Below the pieces are notes generated by a model. The model made no database searches. It saw only the letters and a list, made by a program, of their open reading frames with translations, and was not told the origin of the DNA. A DNA stretch of 64,000 nucleotides from Octopus vulgaris. Taxonomy: Eukaryota. The translations under genes were made by a program, and so were the position numbers. Location: assembly GCA_951406725.2 (NCBI GenBank), contig OX597815.1, positions 90,272,001 through 90,336,000 on the forward strand, read 5' to 3'. Of the stretch, positions 1-14,692 are shown piece by piece. The number at the start of each line of letters is the position of its first letter. Position 1 is the first letter of the stretch.

Positions 1-210
1 GCCAAAACATATTTCAACATATATCATTCTCCTTTTCTCTTAAGACATTCTCCAGTCACATAAATCTTTATCTCTTTTTATTTCAATCAATTTCTTCCCA
101 GATTCTTTCGTCACGCTTTCCAATTGCAAATAACTTGTAAATTCGATTCCTACAGGTCTGCAAGAAAATGTGTAAAATATGTAAATAATATATATAATTG
201 TATATCAATA

Positions 211-327
211 ATGATAACGATGATGATGATGATGATGATTCATGGTGGTGGTGGTAATGGTGATGATGGTGATGAAAATGGTGACGATGATGATGATGAG
301 GATATGATGATGATGATGATGATGATG

Positions 328-400
<73 letters not shown>
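211..400. repeat. Compound (GAT)n/(GGT)n/(TAA)n microsatellite
   Basis: Triplet arrays read directly; they explain the poly-L/poly-H/poly-I ORFs at 83-435. Confidence 0.95.
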
Positions 401-1964
401 GTCCTTCAATGTCTACAAGGTCTCAAAGAAGTTAAAGACGTTACAAAAGGACAGATAATGACATGTTGGGCGTTCCGTACAGTGTGATAAAATTTCATAG
501 GAGAAATAATTAACAACGATATTGGAAACAAGCAAAATTCTCTTATAAGTAGATAGTTGCGAATCAAGAAAATAATCCAAAATCTCATTAACCCCAATTA
601 TTAAAGACTTGTGCACTTTTACGTATATATGCAATGTAAGCTTCTCCACACATACATTATTCGATATTTTCAGTAACCTTTCAACTAATTTACATACAAG
701 CACTTCTCTTTATACACCCACTTTCCACTTCAAGTGAAAGATCATACATTTGGAGACTGCTCGGCCGAGAAGTAAATTGTATTTCGCCATACCTGTCACA
801 TAGAGAAAATGTTTCTGTTCCTCGCGACCAACGAAATACAGTGCAGCGAACACGACTGGCATTTGCCTTGATGGATTATAGCCGTGAAAAACGGAGTAAC
901 GCTGTTATATCCTCAACAACAAAATTCTCACATAGAATTCGTTTATACTTATTTAGAGTAACAAATAGTTAAACCTAATGCAAAAAACATATATAGTGAT
1001 GGCAGAAGCATCAACCGTGTTGAAAAATCTTAAACGTGTAATTCCATGAAATATATGTTCCTGTTATAAACATAAATCTATTTCTGTTTTTGCAGGACTG
1101 TTCTAGTGAGAATTATGCAAGGCAAACATGGGAACCTCCGCTCCACTATCAGGTAATTCTTTCGGTAGTAGTTTGCATAGTAATTTTAACTATATATCCA
1201 GCTATTACAATAAGGTTTTGCAATGTTAACTGTGTACTGTATTGTCCAAAACAATACTTCACGTTGTATAAGGGCGTCTAACAATTTCTTCAGCAAAATA
1301 TGTTCAGAGAGAAAAAGATAAATATGTAGCATAGCGTCTCTATACCTATAACCATGGCAGAACAAATTTAATTCATGCGACGGAAGTATACAGATTTACG
1401 CCTTTGGTATTCGAAAAGAGCGTCTAGCCTCATTTGCTACGTTTATTCTTGCACCAGTTGACAAATCAGAGTAGCTGCTAATTAGAGTTTGGTAAGTGAT
1501 TCAAGGCTTCAGGAACGGATTCTATATTTTGAACATCATCAATAATGGTGTCATTAATTATTTGATCCATATTAATTATTTGATCCAAAACGTATTCGCC
1601 CTTCAAAGGGATTATTGTATTATTTACGGTTGGAAATCTAATTCTAGTTTGTTGTGGTTCATCATGACATCTGCGACAGTACCAAACCAGAGTCACTGAC
1701 TTTGAAACGTCTTCTTTGACGGTAACTCTAACTCGTATATATCACGTAACTGACACTGACTCCAACTGAGAACTCGTACAAATACTCTACTACTGCTGAC
1801 CCCCTACAAAGACTGACTGTCTGAAGTTGTAGTTGCTGAGTCACATGGGAAGGGGGTACCATTTTCCCTACAACAAACACCTTAATAATTCATTTCTTTA
1901 GATTTTCTATGACTAAAATGCATGAATGGTAAGCGTCCTGCCTCAAAATTCACGGTGATTCTTT

Positions 1965-2357
1965 TATTCTTTTATTTGTTTCAGTCATTTGACTACAGCC
2001 ATGCTGGAGCACCGCCTGTAGTCGAGCAAATCGAGCCCAGGACTTATTCTATCGGTCACTTTTGCCGAACCGCTAAGTTATGGGAACTAAACACACCAGC
2101 ATCGGTTGCCAAGCGATGTTGCGGGGGGGACAAACACAGACAGGCACATACACAACCACACACACACACACATATATATATGGTGGGCTTCTTTCAGTTT
2201 CCGTCTACAAAATCCACTCACGAGGCTTTCGTCGGCCCGAGGCTATTGCAGAAAACACTTGCCTAAGTTGCCACGCAGTGTGAACGTGGGCAAGTGAACC
2301 CGGAACCATGTGGTTGGTAAGCAAGCTACTTATCACACATCCACTCCTGTGCCTATA
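1965..2357 (-). mobile_element. tRNA-derived SINE (octopus-type, with CR1-like 3' tail)
   Basis: Reverse complement has head taggcacaggagtgg..gtagcttgcttaccaaccacatggttccgggttca and tail ggcggtgctccagcatggctgtagtcaaatgactgaaaca; homologous to copies at 8517, 18090 and 40335. Confidence 0.85.
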
Positions 2358-3715
2358 CCCACTCCTTAGAAAAGAATGTTAGCGTTAAACCCCAAAAATC
2401 TCTCTAATTGTTTTGGACCTTCAGTCAATTATAGAACTAGAAGATTCATTGCAAACATCCATGGTTATTAGAGGTATGTGTTTTTAGACATACATCTATT
2501 CAGTTATTAATGCGCTAAGTAGTTTCGGAGTTTTAATGTGTACTCCATCGAATAGTTTTATTTGAGATCACACTTCAAAAATAAACTGTGTTATTAAAAT
2601 CCATTTAGACATACGTAGACAGTGCCTGATTACCAATATCAATTTTCAACTTAATGTAAACCTTATGTAGCTTCATACACCGAGTGTAATGTTTTCTTTA
2701 TGTTTGTTCAAAGAAGACCATTATTCGTAATATCTATATTTGTTTCTATCTTCTGAAATGCAAAAAAAAAAACCCATTTTAACCTGTTGAATACCTTCAC
2801 TATGGCATTGTGCTTCAGATTATCTAATTGAATATATCCTAATGTTTTCTCTCCAGATTAAGCTGCTTTGCGGCTAAAGATCGTTATCTCAAAATTCAGC
2901 TATTCTACAATTATTGAAATCTTTTATAAGCGTCTGAGTCCCGCTTCGGATTAAAACGTACTATTTTATGATTAGTATCCAAAAGAGCTTTCGTCATTCC
3001 AGTAGCAGAAAAATCCTTGAAACCAAGTCACTGATATCCAGCTTATCGATTGAGAATTTGTTGGTGGTGTTATTTATAACGTAGAGTGTTTATCTAAGCA
3101 TAGTCGTAACTATACATAGCCCTTCAGCTAACTGCACATTATTACGTTGAATTAGTTATCGTCTTAAATAGATCGCATCACATACAAATACGCAAGATGG
3201 ATACAATGGGTATTAGCAAAACAATAATATCAATGAGGAGAGTAAACAGCGTGAAAACCAGTGTGGAATAGGATGAGAATTGCCGGAAGACTGGGCGAGT
3301 ACGTTCAAGCAGTTTCGGAACCTAGTGCGCATCTTAGACAAGTTTGTTTGTCGACAACTCGAACGCAGCCATGCTTGAAGAGTTTATTACGAACAGCCTA
3401 TTATGTTTTGGAAATTGTCCTATTATTCCCGATTTAAATGTTTTGAAAAAGAGACTACACAGTCTGTTTATGTCGATCAGCAGAATGGCTCCAAAGCCAA
3501 ATCGATTATATCATGCATTGACTCTATTGATTTCACGAGTTAGTATTCATTTACACGAAGTTGCAGCGAGTTGATGGCAGTGACCACCTATCAGTATTGC
3601 AGATGCCAAAACCAAGTATCTATAATCAGTAAAGCGTTTACTTACCAACAGCTCAACTGCAATCATAAGACTGCCTGAGTTACAGCCGTCAGGAAATTCT
3701 GAAGTTCTGTGAGGC

Positions 3716-3782
<67 letters not shown>

Positions 3783-3783
<1 letters not shown>

Positions 3784-4295
3784 TAACTGATTGGAAGTGT
3801 TATCATGTACATTGTTTTGTCTTGGTATAAAAGATGGGCTACAGCAAATATTCTGCTCAATACCACAGATTGCTTGTCAGTTGTTTGACCTTAACCAGTT
3901 GAGCATGTCCCTTACTGGCTGGCGATATGTGCATCTCTGATCACGAGCAGAAGTAGTGGGGTAGCATCATAGCCATGTGTTGAGAGGGATTCTTTGGGGT
4001 TTGAATAATTCACCTCTGGAAACATGGGTATTTCGTTCAACGTCCTTAAACAACCCTTATTCAGGGACCTTTTGAGCGGGATGGGTTACTCGATCTGAAG
4101 AAAATTCTAACTGGGCTCCACCTGCAAGGTCATGTGCTGTTTATCTTGATATGAGATCGCCATGTCGCGCACATATGGTTGTGATGCATGTGCCTGGTGT
4201 ACCCTTATCAGACGGGTAGTCATGATGGGTATACTGGGCTTCGTATATTTTACCCCAGTGTCACTTTGATGGCATGCTCTGCTCTCTCACTCAGT
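3783..4295 (+). mobile_element. Interspersed repeat flanked by (TAA)n on both sides, probably the 3' UTR of a TAA-targeting non-LTR element
   Basis: Sits between TAA arrays at 3718-3782 and 4296-4448; a second diverged copy follows at 4449-4732. Confidence 0.55.
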
Positions 4296-4302
4296 AATAA
4301 TA

Positions 4303-4435
<133 letters not shown>

Positions 4436-4448
4436 TAATAATAATGAT

Positions 4449-4732
4449 AATATTCTGCTCGATACCATAGATTTGCTTGTCAGTTATTTGACCTTAATCA
4501 GTTGAGCGTGTCCCTTAATGGCTGATGATATGTGCATCTCTGATCACGAGCAGAAATATTGGGGAAGCATCATAGCTATGTGTTGAGAGGGATTTTGGGG
4601 GTTTGAATAATTCACCTCTGGAAACATGGGTATTTTATTCCACATCCTGAAACAACCCTTATTCAGCGAGATGGGTTACTCAACCAAAAGAAAATTCTAA
4701 CTGGACCCCAACTGCAAGGTCATGTACTATTT
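4449..4732 (+). mobile_element. Second truncated copy of the 3783-4295 repeat
   Basis: aatattctgctcgataccatagatttgcttgtcag...tgcaaggtcatgt aligns with 3847-4137. Confidence 0.8.
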
Positions 4733-5161
4733 ACTAAACTACTTGGTAAACTCTTATAATGATTTTATCCTATTTTTAAATTGTAAATGTCACCGGAGTA
4801 TATTCAATAGTGAATTTGTATTCCAAATAAACACGTTGAACCGAAATGCAATTCGAAAAAGCCCGCCATTTATATAGATGTATAAGGGGTTAACATTTAT
4901 ACATGCTGCGTTGGGTACGATGGTTGTTCGTCTGGTATGTTGTTTTTGTTCATTCGTTATAAATCTTGAATTATGCTTGCACTGAGGTGTAAAGAGTGCA
5001 TACCACTATACTGATTACGAAATCATATGCGATATACAGCTGAATTCTGTTTTTAAATTCCTTAATTCTAGAGTTATTTTCGGTACATGTTTATTGATTT
5101 TAGTAGTTTTGACTTTAAGAGTCCCTCCTAGCGTGTGGCATTTATGTGTAATAATACCCTC

Positions 5162-5227
<66 letters not shown>

Positions 5228-5519
5228 AATCCAAACGGGAAACAAAAAAACAACAACAATGGAACAATTACAGTATTATTATTAATAGGCGCTCAGGAAA
5301 TGGAAGCAGGGAGGTATGACGTTTCGAGCGGAGCTCTTCGTCGGAAACATAAAGAAGGAAGAGAGAGGAAAGAAAGATCCCAGAGCGGGCAACGGGGATA
5401 GAGAAAAAAACGACTGGTGTTTAGGAGTTACACATGGTGAAAGGCGGATGTTTACGATAACAAGAGCAAAGTGGGTTTTTAAAGGCAAAAGAGTGGAGAC
5501 AAGGTTGGTAACGCAACAG

Positions 5520-6210
5520 ATGTGTGTGTATGTGTGAGTGTGTGCGTGTGCGTGTGTGTATGTGTGTGTGTGAGGCGAGATAAAAAAACAAAAAATATAT
5601 GTATGTGTTAGTGTGTGCGTCTGTGTGTAGGCGTGTGAGGTAGGGCGAGACGGTGGTCAGCATAGCAGCAGCATAGCAGACAAAGGTCAGTAGTAAGAAA
5701 AGGAAGGAAGGAGGAAGGGAGGGAGGGGAAGGGGTGGGGGCGTATGTAGCGTGCCAGCGTGTGTTGAGTGGTAGTGTGTGTGTGTCCAGTGTCGTGGTAG
5801 TATTAATGGCGAGTAGATTGAATGTGTGTAAGAGTAATGTATATATTTAAGCAATGTGTGTATATGTGTGCGCGTGTGTGTAACGAAAAAGGGGGGATTA
5901 AGGAAAAGAACTCCAGCTGAGGGGAAGATGGAAGAGTGGTCCCGCGGAGACGGGCGTGGGAAAACCCAACGACAAGCGACGATCCCAGGAAGTGGCGGGA
6001 GGTCTCGTCGGGTCCAAGGGCGAGGTGCATGCGGCGCGTATGCGTGCGCGAACCGGCGCAAGCGCGTGTGTGCGCGCGCCTGCGAGTGTGCGCGTAAGTA
6101 TGTGTGTGTGTGGATGTGTGAGTGTGTCTGTGTGTATGTCTGGGTGGCAGTGTGTCCGATGAATGTATGTGAGTATGTGTGTATATATGTGTGTGCATAG
6201 ATGTATGTCC

Positions 6211-6241
<31 letters not shown>

Positions 6242-8260
6242 AGTGTGTATGTATGTACGTGTGGGTGTGGGGAAGTGTGTGTATGTGCATGTGTGTGCGC
6301 AAACATACAGGTGTGTGAGTGAGTGTGTGTGTATGTATGTGTGAGTGTGTATGTATGTGTGTGTAGAGTGAGTGTGTGTGTATGTATGTATGCGTGTGTG
6401 TATGTATGTATGTGTACGTGCATGTGTGTGTGTGTATGCGTGTAGGTGTGCGCGTGTGCATGCATGCATGCATGTGCGTATGTGTGTGTGTGCATGTGTG
6501 TGGGTATATATGTATGTGCGTATATGTGTGTGTATGTGCGTACATGTGTGTGTGTATGCATGTGTGTGTGTAGGTGTGTAGGCGTGTGTGTATAGATGTA
6601 TGTATGTAAGTATGTATGGGTGTGTCCGTGTATAGGTGTATGTATGTATGTCTGGGTGTGTCCGTGCATGTTTGTGTGTGTGTGTGTATGCATGTGTATG
6701 TAGGTGTGTGTGTACGTGTGTAATGTATGTATGTATGCGTGTGTATGCGTGCGTGTGTGTATGTAGGTGCGTGTGTATGTGTGTGGGAGTGTAGGTGTGT
6801 GTGTGCGTGTGCGTGTTTATGTTGGTGTGTGCGTATGTGAGTGTGAGTGTATGGGTGTTTGTCATGCATGTGTGTGCGCGTGCAGGTGAGTGTGTGTGTA
6901 AGTATGTGTGTGTGTATGTTTGTGTGAGTGTGTATGTGTGTATGTCTGTGTGTATGTATGTGCGCATAGGAGTATGTAGGTATGTGTGTGTGTATGTATA
7001 TGGGTGTATGTATGTATGTGTGGGTGTGCATGTGTATAAGTATATGCGTGTGTGCGTATGTGTGTGTATGTGTATGTGTGTGTGTTTATGTATGTGTGTA
7101 TGTATGTGTGTAGGCGTGAGTGTGTAGATGTATGTATGTATGGGTGTGTGTCAGTGTGTGTTTGTGTGTGTGTGTAGGTAGATGTGTGTGTCTGAGTGAG
7201 GGTATGGCTGTGTAGGTGTGTGTGTGTATGAATGTAAGTGTGTGTGTATACAAGTGTGATGTATGTATGTAGGTGTGTGTGTGTGTGTGTATGTGTACGT
7301 GTGCGTGTGTATGTGTGTGTGTGTATGCGTGTGAGTGTGAGTGTATGGGTGTATGTCTGTGTGTGTGTATGTCTGAAGTGGGTATGTGTGTGTATGTATG
7401 TATGTGTGTGTGTGTGTGTGTGCGGGTATGTGTGTGTGTGAGTAGGTGTGCGTGTATGTATCTGGGTAGGGATGCATGCGAGTGTGTGGGTATGTATGCA
7501 TACATACGCATGCGCACATCCAAAGCAAGCCCACACACACGAAGCGCGCTCACGCACACAACGCACAAGCAGTACAACGCAAGCCCAAAGGGGCCGACCA
7601 AGTCCCCAGCACGCGCCAAGGCGCGCGAGCGCAAAGGCCCTCGAACGCCCCGCTACGCGGGAACCGAGGATCCATCAGCCAAAACCGGAAAGCAGAAAAG
7701 AGGGGGGGGGCTGCCTGGATGCAAAAAGGTGTATGTGTGTGTGCATTCAGTGTACGGGTGTGCATGTGTGGGTATGTATGTATGTATGTGCCTACATGTA
7801 TGTGTGCATGTGTGTGTGTGTGAAGTATGTACGTGCGGTGTGTGTGTGTGAGTGTGTGTGTATGTATGTGCGTATGTATGTGTGTGTGTATGTGTGTATG
7901 TATGTGTGTGTGTGTGTGTGTAAGTATGTAGGCGTGTGTGTATGTATGTATGTGTGTGTGTATGTGCATGTTGGTTTGTATGTTAGTGTGTGCATGTGTG
8001 TCTGTAAGTGTGTGTGATTAAATGTGTGAATGTATGTACGTAGATGGGTCTACGTATGTGTGTGTGTGAACAGGCGTGTGGGAGGTAGGTGGGTGGGTGT
8101 GTGTGGGTGGTGTGTCCGAAAAAAAAAAAAAAAAAAAAACAGATCTCAAGAGGAGGGGGCTGTGTTAAGTCCGTGTGGGGTGGTAGTTTGTAGGGTGATA
8201 CATGCACACAATACACATATACATACACAAACACACATACACTTACACACACATATACAT
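5520..8260. repeat. Long degenerate (GT/GTAT)n low-complexity tract with GC-rich islands
   Basis: Mixed gt/gtat/gcgt units; all His/Thr-rich and Val/Cys-rich ORFs here are translations of the repeat. Confidence 0.9.
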
Positions 8261-8379
8261 TCTAATATTTGATGATATCTGCTTTGACGTTTATATAACT
8301 TTGAAGGAAGTGAGCCTAACAGTTCGTTCAGGAACTAAGTAATAACTTTCGCTGAGATTATGTGACTTCCCTCGAGAAA

Positions 8380-8465
8380 CAAAAATATACAAGCTGACGG
8401 TTTTATAGACATTTCAAAATTATGATGGTATGATGCTAGGTGTTTCCAATATTTTAGTCCAACCC

Positions 8466-8470
<5 letters not shown>
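8380..8470. mobile_element. Tc1/mariner terminal fragment
   Basis: Ends aggtgtttccaatattttagtccaacccctg-TA, i.e. a CAGGGGTTGG-type TIR abutting TA/(TA)n. Confidence 0.5.
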
Positions 8471-8516
<46 letters not shown>

Positions 8517-8518
<2 letters not shown>

Positions 8519-8910
8519 GGCGCAGGAGTTGCTGTGTGATAGTTAGCTAGTAGCTTACCAATCACATACTTCCGTGTTCAGTCCCACTACGTGTCACCGT
8601 GAGTCAGTGTCTACCATAGCCTCGGGCCGACAAAAGCCTTGTGAGTGGATTTAGTGAGTGAAGCCTGTCGTATATAAATATATATATGTGTGTGTGTTTC
8701 TTTCTGTGGCGGTGTTCGTCCCCTACCATCGCTTGACAACCGATGTTGGTGTGTTTACTTCCTCGTTACTTAGTGGTTCACCAAAAGACCGATAGAATAA
8801 GTACTAGGCTTAGAAAGAATAAGTCCTGGAGTCGATTTGTTTGACTAAAGGCGGTGCTCCAGCATGGCTGGAGGCAAATGACTGAAAAAACTAACAGAAT
8901 AAAAGAATAA
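8517..8910 (+). mobile_element. tRNA-derived SINE (octopus-type)
   Basis: Head taggcgcaggagttgctgtgtg..gttcagtccc, internal (TA/TG)n, tail ggcggtgctccagcatggc..aaatgactgaaa. Confidence 0.85.
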
Positions 8911-8912
8911 TG

Positions 8913-8962
<50 letters not shown>

Positions 8963-9124
8963 TTTATTTATATATATATATATACATACACACACATACA
9001 CACACATACATACATACAAACATACATACATACATACATACATACATACATACATACATACATACATACATACATACATACATGCATGCATGCATACATA
9101 CATACATATATACATACATACATT

Positions 9125-9604
9125 GAGGGTGTCCTTCAAACAGTTGTCATTTTGGCGTCTAACAGTATAGCCAATTCAGGTTCAAGTGATCTGAAATTTT
9201 AGCAGTGATAATGATGATGTTCTGTTGAAATGGCCACTACGCTCGCTTGACTTGACACCTTATGGGTTTTTTCTAAGAAGCTAGGGGAAAGGACTGGTCT
9301 ATATCTCCCCTATTCCTACAAGCCGAGAGGAAATCAAGCAAAGAATCACTTAGGTGCCGCAGAAAGTTACGCAAGACATGCTACAACTTGTTTGGCAGGA
9401 GCTGCACTACCGGGGAGTGTTTCCATTGAACATTTACGAAGCTTTGGGAAATAAGTTACAAAATCTAAAACCCTATGACTCTCTTCTTCGACTTTTCAGG
9501 AATAAATCTCTTATTTTTCAACATGAAGCCAATTAAACTTCGTTTGCCTCGGAGATGTAGTTACACAGATATTCCATTTCAAATGTCAATTTTGTGAGGA
9601 CGCC

Positions 9605-9609
<5 letters not shown>
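9125..9609 (+). mobile_element. Internally deleted Tc1/mariner transposon
   Basis: Imperfect TIRs (gagggtgtccttcaaa / ttttgtgaggacgccctg-TA). Decayed C-terminal transposase reads KWPLRSLDLTPYGFFL..REEIKQRIT..KVTQDMLQLVWQELHYR (WPPRSPDL motif). Confidence 0.75.
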
Positions 9610-9678
<69 letters not shown>

Positions 9679-9699
9679 GTATGTATGTATACACGCACG

Positions 9700-9744
<45 letters not shown>

Positions 9745-9749
<5 letters not shown>

Positions 9750-10230
9750 AGGGTATTCGGCTTACTTTTGACGAACTTTATGTTTCCTCTTTTAGAAAGA
9801 AATTGATGTATTAGTGAACAGTGAACAACACCGGGCATCATATTTGTAGTTGAGAGAAACGTATCTAACGTGAAGGTCTGTAAACCATCTGAATACTGGA
9901 AAAGTGATAACTTTTTCATAAGGATTTGTGCCATGTAACAAAATGCAGTCTTCATGAATGCTGCTCAGAGTTTTGTTAACACTGTAAATGCTGTAAGATG
10001 TGACATGGAAAACTGCAATGGGGACTACGAAGCTGTAACTAGCAGGAAAGTATATTGAATTTATTCTGGCTGAATACACATATTAAGATTTATCTCCACA
10101 CCTTTGAAGAGGACCTTAGGCTCTTACTATGTGAAGCTGCTGCAAACTGTGGCCAAACGAAGGTACCCGAGTGTTGCTAATGGAAGCTCACGTATGTGGC
10201 AGCAGGATTCACCTACTTGTGTTTTCATTT
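9745..10230 (+). mobile_element. Tc1/mariner (DD37D/maT-like) transposase fragment
   Basis: YYVKLLQTVAK..PSVANG..MWQQDSP resembles the QQDxAP second-Asp motif; CAAGGGT end next to (TA)n at 9746. Confidence 0.55.
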
Positions 10231-10306
10231 CCTCTTATGGAGACTACACACACACTCCCACACACTCCCACACACTACACAAACATACACCCAACCACCC
10301 AACCAC

Positions 10307-10372
<66 letters not shown>

Positions 10373-11639
10373 GTTTCTTTATTGGCCACACAGGGCTGCA
10401 CACAGATGGGACAAGTTTCAAGGTAGAGCTTTTCTTTTGGGGGATGAAAAAAGCAGAAAACAAAAGAAACGAAAAAAGGTGGGGGTGGCGTAGGTTTTCG
10501 ATCAAGAGGGATCGTAAAAGGGAAGAAAAGAACAAAAAAAATAAATAAAATAAAAAATTAAAAAATAAGATAGATAGATAGATAGATAGACAGGTAGGTA
10601 GGTAGGTAGGTAGGTAGGTAGGTATGTAGGTAGGTAGGTAGGTATCCCATAACTGACACCAGAAATATAACTAACTAAGAATGAGAAGTTAGGTTAACAA
10701 GTTCTATTAAGTATGTAGTTCATCACTCTGCTAATTTCTTCCATCCATTATGCAAAATAATAGTAGATAAATGTAATTAATATCGACTTATGAAATTGTC
10801 AGAAAGCAACTAAGGTAGGGTTTACTATTATGTTGTTTTAATAATTTGTTTGATCATAACAAAAGGTCAAATTTGATACAGTCGGGATTTAAACTTCAAC
10901 CATAAAGTGTTATAAAGCAAAAACATGAATAGAATTTACCGGCCATCTACGAACACTCACATATGCCATTCTGAAAAGAAATAAATCAACAATTCCAGTA
11001 ATAATGAATTAATATTTCGCCATGAAATTGTTTATGCGTTTAATTTACACTAATGTACACTAATTTGCGTAATTAGGCTTTCGACATCAAATGAAAATAT
11101 TGGAAAACATCGCCGACAATACTCGAGAGCGGTACGAGGCACCACAAGAAAATTAATCAAAGATCATTGGGGTTTCTAATATGCACCAGTCCTACAATTT
11201 TAAGGGCAGGGTTTAGTCTGTAAGATTGACCCAGATACTATATTTTATCAGCTGCAAAAATATTAAATGCAAAATAGTTTTTATATAAATGGACTCAGGA
11301 AATAAAAATAATAATAATAAAAACATTAACATCACAAAACCTTTTCCCGACGCCCGAAACTAGGAACTAATAATAATAATACCAACTATCACAAATTTTA
11401 GCACAAAGCAACACATTTTGCGTGAAGGACATAGCTGATTCATTCGATCCCACCATTTCACTAGTACATTATTTCATCGACACCGAAATTATGAAAGAAT
11501 TTGAGCTCAGAATATAATGAACTGGAAAGATAGGCTTTCTCTAGGTTTTACAAAAGATATAAAGTGTGTGTAAGAGACATTCTATAACAAATAGAAGTAA
11601 GTATACAGAAATTGTCAAAGAGTGAAAACCTTTAGCGCG

Positions 11640-11760
11640 GATATTTTCAAAGAATACCTGGACAAATGTTTATCTGATGTACCATGTAAACCTATATCGC
11701 GGCTGAGGACACAGAGAAGAGACGCTTGTCCAATGCACTACATCACCAGAGTCAATACAG
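11640..11760 (+). mobile_element. Decayed 3' end of a CR1-type LINE
   Basis: FKEYLDKCLSDVPCKP.SR matches the C-terminus FKTKLDLFLSGVPDEPTSR of the LINE at 42180-42410. Confidence 0.55.
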
Positions 11761-11838
11761 AAGAGAAACCCAATCACACTGGCTAGAACCTGTAAGTGAT
11801 AACAGATAAAAAGAATCTCTCTCTCTCTCTCTGTCTCA

Positions 11839-11903
<65 letters not shown>

Positions 11904-11925
11904 GATATATGTATATTCATACATA

Positions 11926-11965
<40 letters not shown>

Positions 11966-13429
11966 TCTCTGTATTTGATCATTTTAACCTGCTTTGTCTG
12001 CATTATCATTTTTAAAGGAACACCTTTAAATGGTGCTATCATTTTTAAAAGTACGCATTTTAAATGTTGCTATCGTATTTTTCTTTTCCAATTGTGATAC
12101 TTTCGATACTCCATAATGCGATGGAAAACCTATAATCTTTCCATCTTTTCGTTAGTAGAAATATAGTATAATTTTTCTCTTCATCCTCTTCTAGATTATC
12201 TTCTGTAGTATATCACCTGGATTTTACAAACGTTTCCCCTCTAAATTCTCTTTCTTTTCTTGTTTTTTTCTGTAATTGGTCTAAAATTTTTATCTATTCA
12301 TTTTGCATTCATGAGAGGTTTGTTTTCATTCGGTTGCTATGTGACGAGACCGAAGGATTGAAACCTATGGAGGTGTTGTTATTTTTGTTACTGTCATTGT
12401 CTTCTAAATTACCAATGACTATTTAGAACATCTTCTTTAATTACATTTTCATTAAAGTGTTCAATTTCTTCATTTTCTTGTACGCTTACTTGTGTACTAT
12501 AAATTTGTGTTGTGCATTTAAACATTGTGGATCTTTGTCATGCAGTATAATTATGCAGTAAGAATTTTGAACGTGAAATGTGCTCTGTGTAAGAAAACAT
12601 TTTTGTTGTCTATCCGGCCATCGAGAGCAGCCCTTAGTTTAGCAGATATATTTTTGTATATAAAGACTTCAATTAATAAAATTCGATTTTGTTATGCTTC
12701 AATAATTCCGGTTCCAAGTAGGGAATCAAAAATGCATCTACACACTGTAACAATCAAATATAACAATAGAAAACATATAAGGAAAAAGAGGAGAATATGG
12801 TGATAGTGACGTTGATGTTGATGATGATAAGGATGATAAAGATAATGATGATGAGGTGGAGGAGGAGGAGGAGAGGAAGAATATCATCATCAGCATTATC
12901 CTCATTATCATCATGATAGACAACGCCAGACAAAAGTATCGACATAAATACATAGCCACCTCCCTACATATACAGAATCAATTAATAAGTATCCAGAAGC
13001 TAATTACAGTAAGGACGATAGGTGAATGAGCAAAAGCATAGCTCTGTTCGAAAATAAATGGTAGTATCAATCCGGAACTAAAAAAAAAATTGAGAAAAGA
13101 AATAACAAAATGAATCATGAAGGTCAGTGTTCTGCAAAAGAAAGTTACCCAATATAAAAGCAATTACCCCGGGCTAAATTCCTAATTGGGACGCCTTATA
13201 TAAACATAGCGATGCCAGAATCAGCAAAAACCTTTAAAAAAAAAGACATATCACATTATTTCGGGTTATAAAGTTATTGTGAAGGCAGAATGTAACAAAG
13301 ACAGTGCAATGTAAATAGTTGGATACGCTGTACAAGATACCAATATATGTACTATTAGTGTTCATTGTAAGATTGACTTAGAACAGCAGCCAGAAGTAGG
13401 TGTATGGAGAAGAGGGGAAGAAATAGCTA

Positions 13430-13650
13430 ACAATAATGACGACGATGAAGAAGAAGAAGAAAAAGAAAAAGAAATAGGAAGGGGGAGGAGAAGGAGAAGA
13501 AGAAGAAGAAGAAGAAGAAGAAGAAGAAGAAAAAGAAAAAAGAAGGGGGAGGAGGAGGAGGAGGAGAAGAAGAAGAAGAAGAAGAAGAAGAAGAAGAAGA
13601 AGAAGAAGAAGAAGAAGAAGAAGAAGAAGAAGAAGAAGAAGAAGAAGAAA
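13430..13650. repeat. (GAA)n/(GGA)n polypurine microsatellite
   Basis: Read directly. Confidence 0.95.
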
Positions 13651-14692
13651 TATGTTGGAGACTTCACGCTCACATGCGGGATATAATACGTACAGGATGG
13701 TAGAAACCATACATTTCTGGAAAATAATTCTTAAAGTTTCAAATATAAGGCAATAACACAGCAATAATAAGAATTACGAGAATCAGAAGACTGTATTCAA
13801 TGCTGAGTGCTGCAACGATTTATTATCACGAAAGAAAAGTTAAAATTCTTCAATGACTTCTTGTAGACATCTGACAAAGCATTTACATCTACCGTTAAGG
13901 ACAGCTGAAACGACCATACTGATAAAGAAGTTGATGATTTTAATGCAGTTTCATTTGAAGTAGAGTTGGATATTATCATAATACAGTACTTGATATATTA
14001 TTTAATATATTATTCTATCTGACCTTCAGGCAGCAGATTTTCAATATTCTTCGGTTGTGGTATGAACTGGCATTGTTTAATATATTTCATAGATACTTTT
14101 GGCATTTTCAAATGATGTCTTTCTCAGAAACTTCAGTACCATTCTTACAGTATTACAATGTATTTGCTCTTAGTATTACTATGTATTTGTTCAACAGTGC
14201 GTGTACATCAACGAACTACTATTCGCTTCTTCAGCTCTGTATTTTTCTCCCTAAGTTCGTTAAAGTTCAATTTTTATCTCATAAATCCTTGTAAATGTTT
14301 CATAAGTGTCAATGTGAACATAATAGTAAGTCTTCGGTGAAATACAACTGACGATAAAAAGTGAAAGGAAGCTATTCATGTTACCGTATAAAAATTAATC
14401 AAATTATTCAATTTCTGTTCTCTAGATATGGCTAATATGGACACCGTCAAAACCTGCTGATTTCCCTAAGAGATATGTGTTGATAACGGAGTTGATAATG
14501 ATAACTTAAGATCTATATATATTTACTAGAATCCAAAACAAAACAATTATAAAAGGAAACGGATGTGAAATATAATCATATTATAGTCCAAATACAACCG
14601 ATAACAAGCTGTAAGTTTAGTTCACGGGACTTTTACTTCTGTTGTATGGCATTTGACATTGTTACTAACACTAACTTCATTAGCTTATCAAA

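Noticed and set aside
40-740. Faint TIR-domain resemblance on the minus strand
   Set aside because: No conserved box motif; similarity too weak to support.
5687-8017. Long His/Thr-rich and Val/Cys-rich ORFs up to 426 aa
   Set aside because: Translations of (CA/GT)n sequence, open in several frames on both strands.
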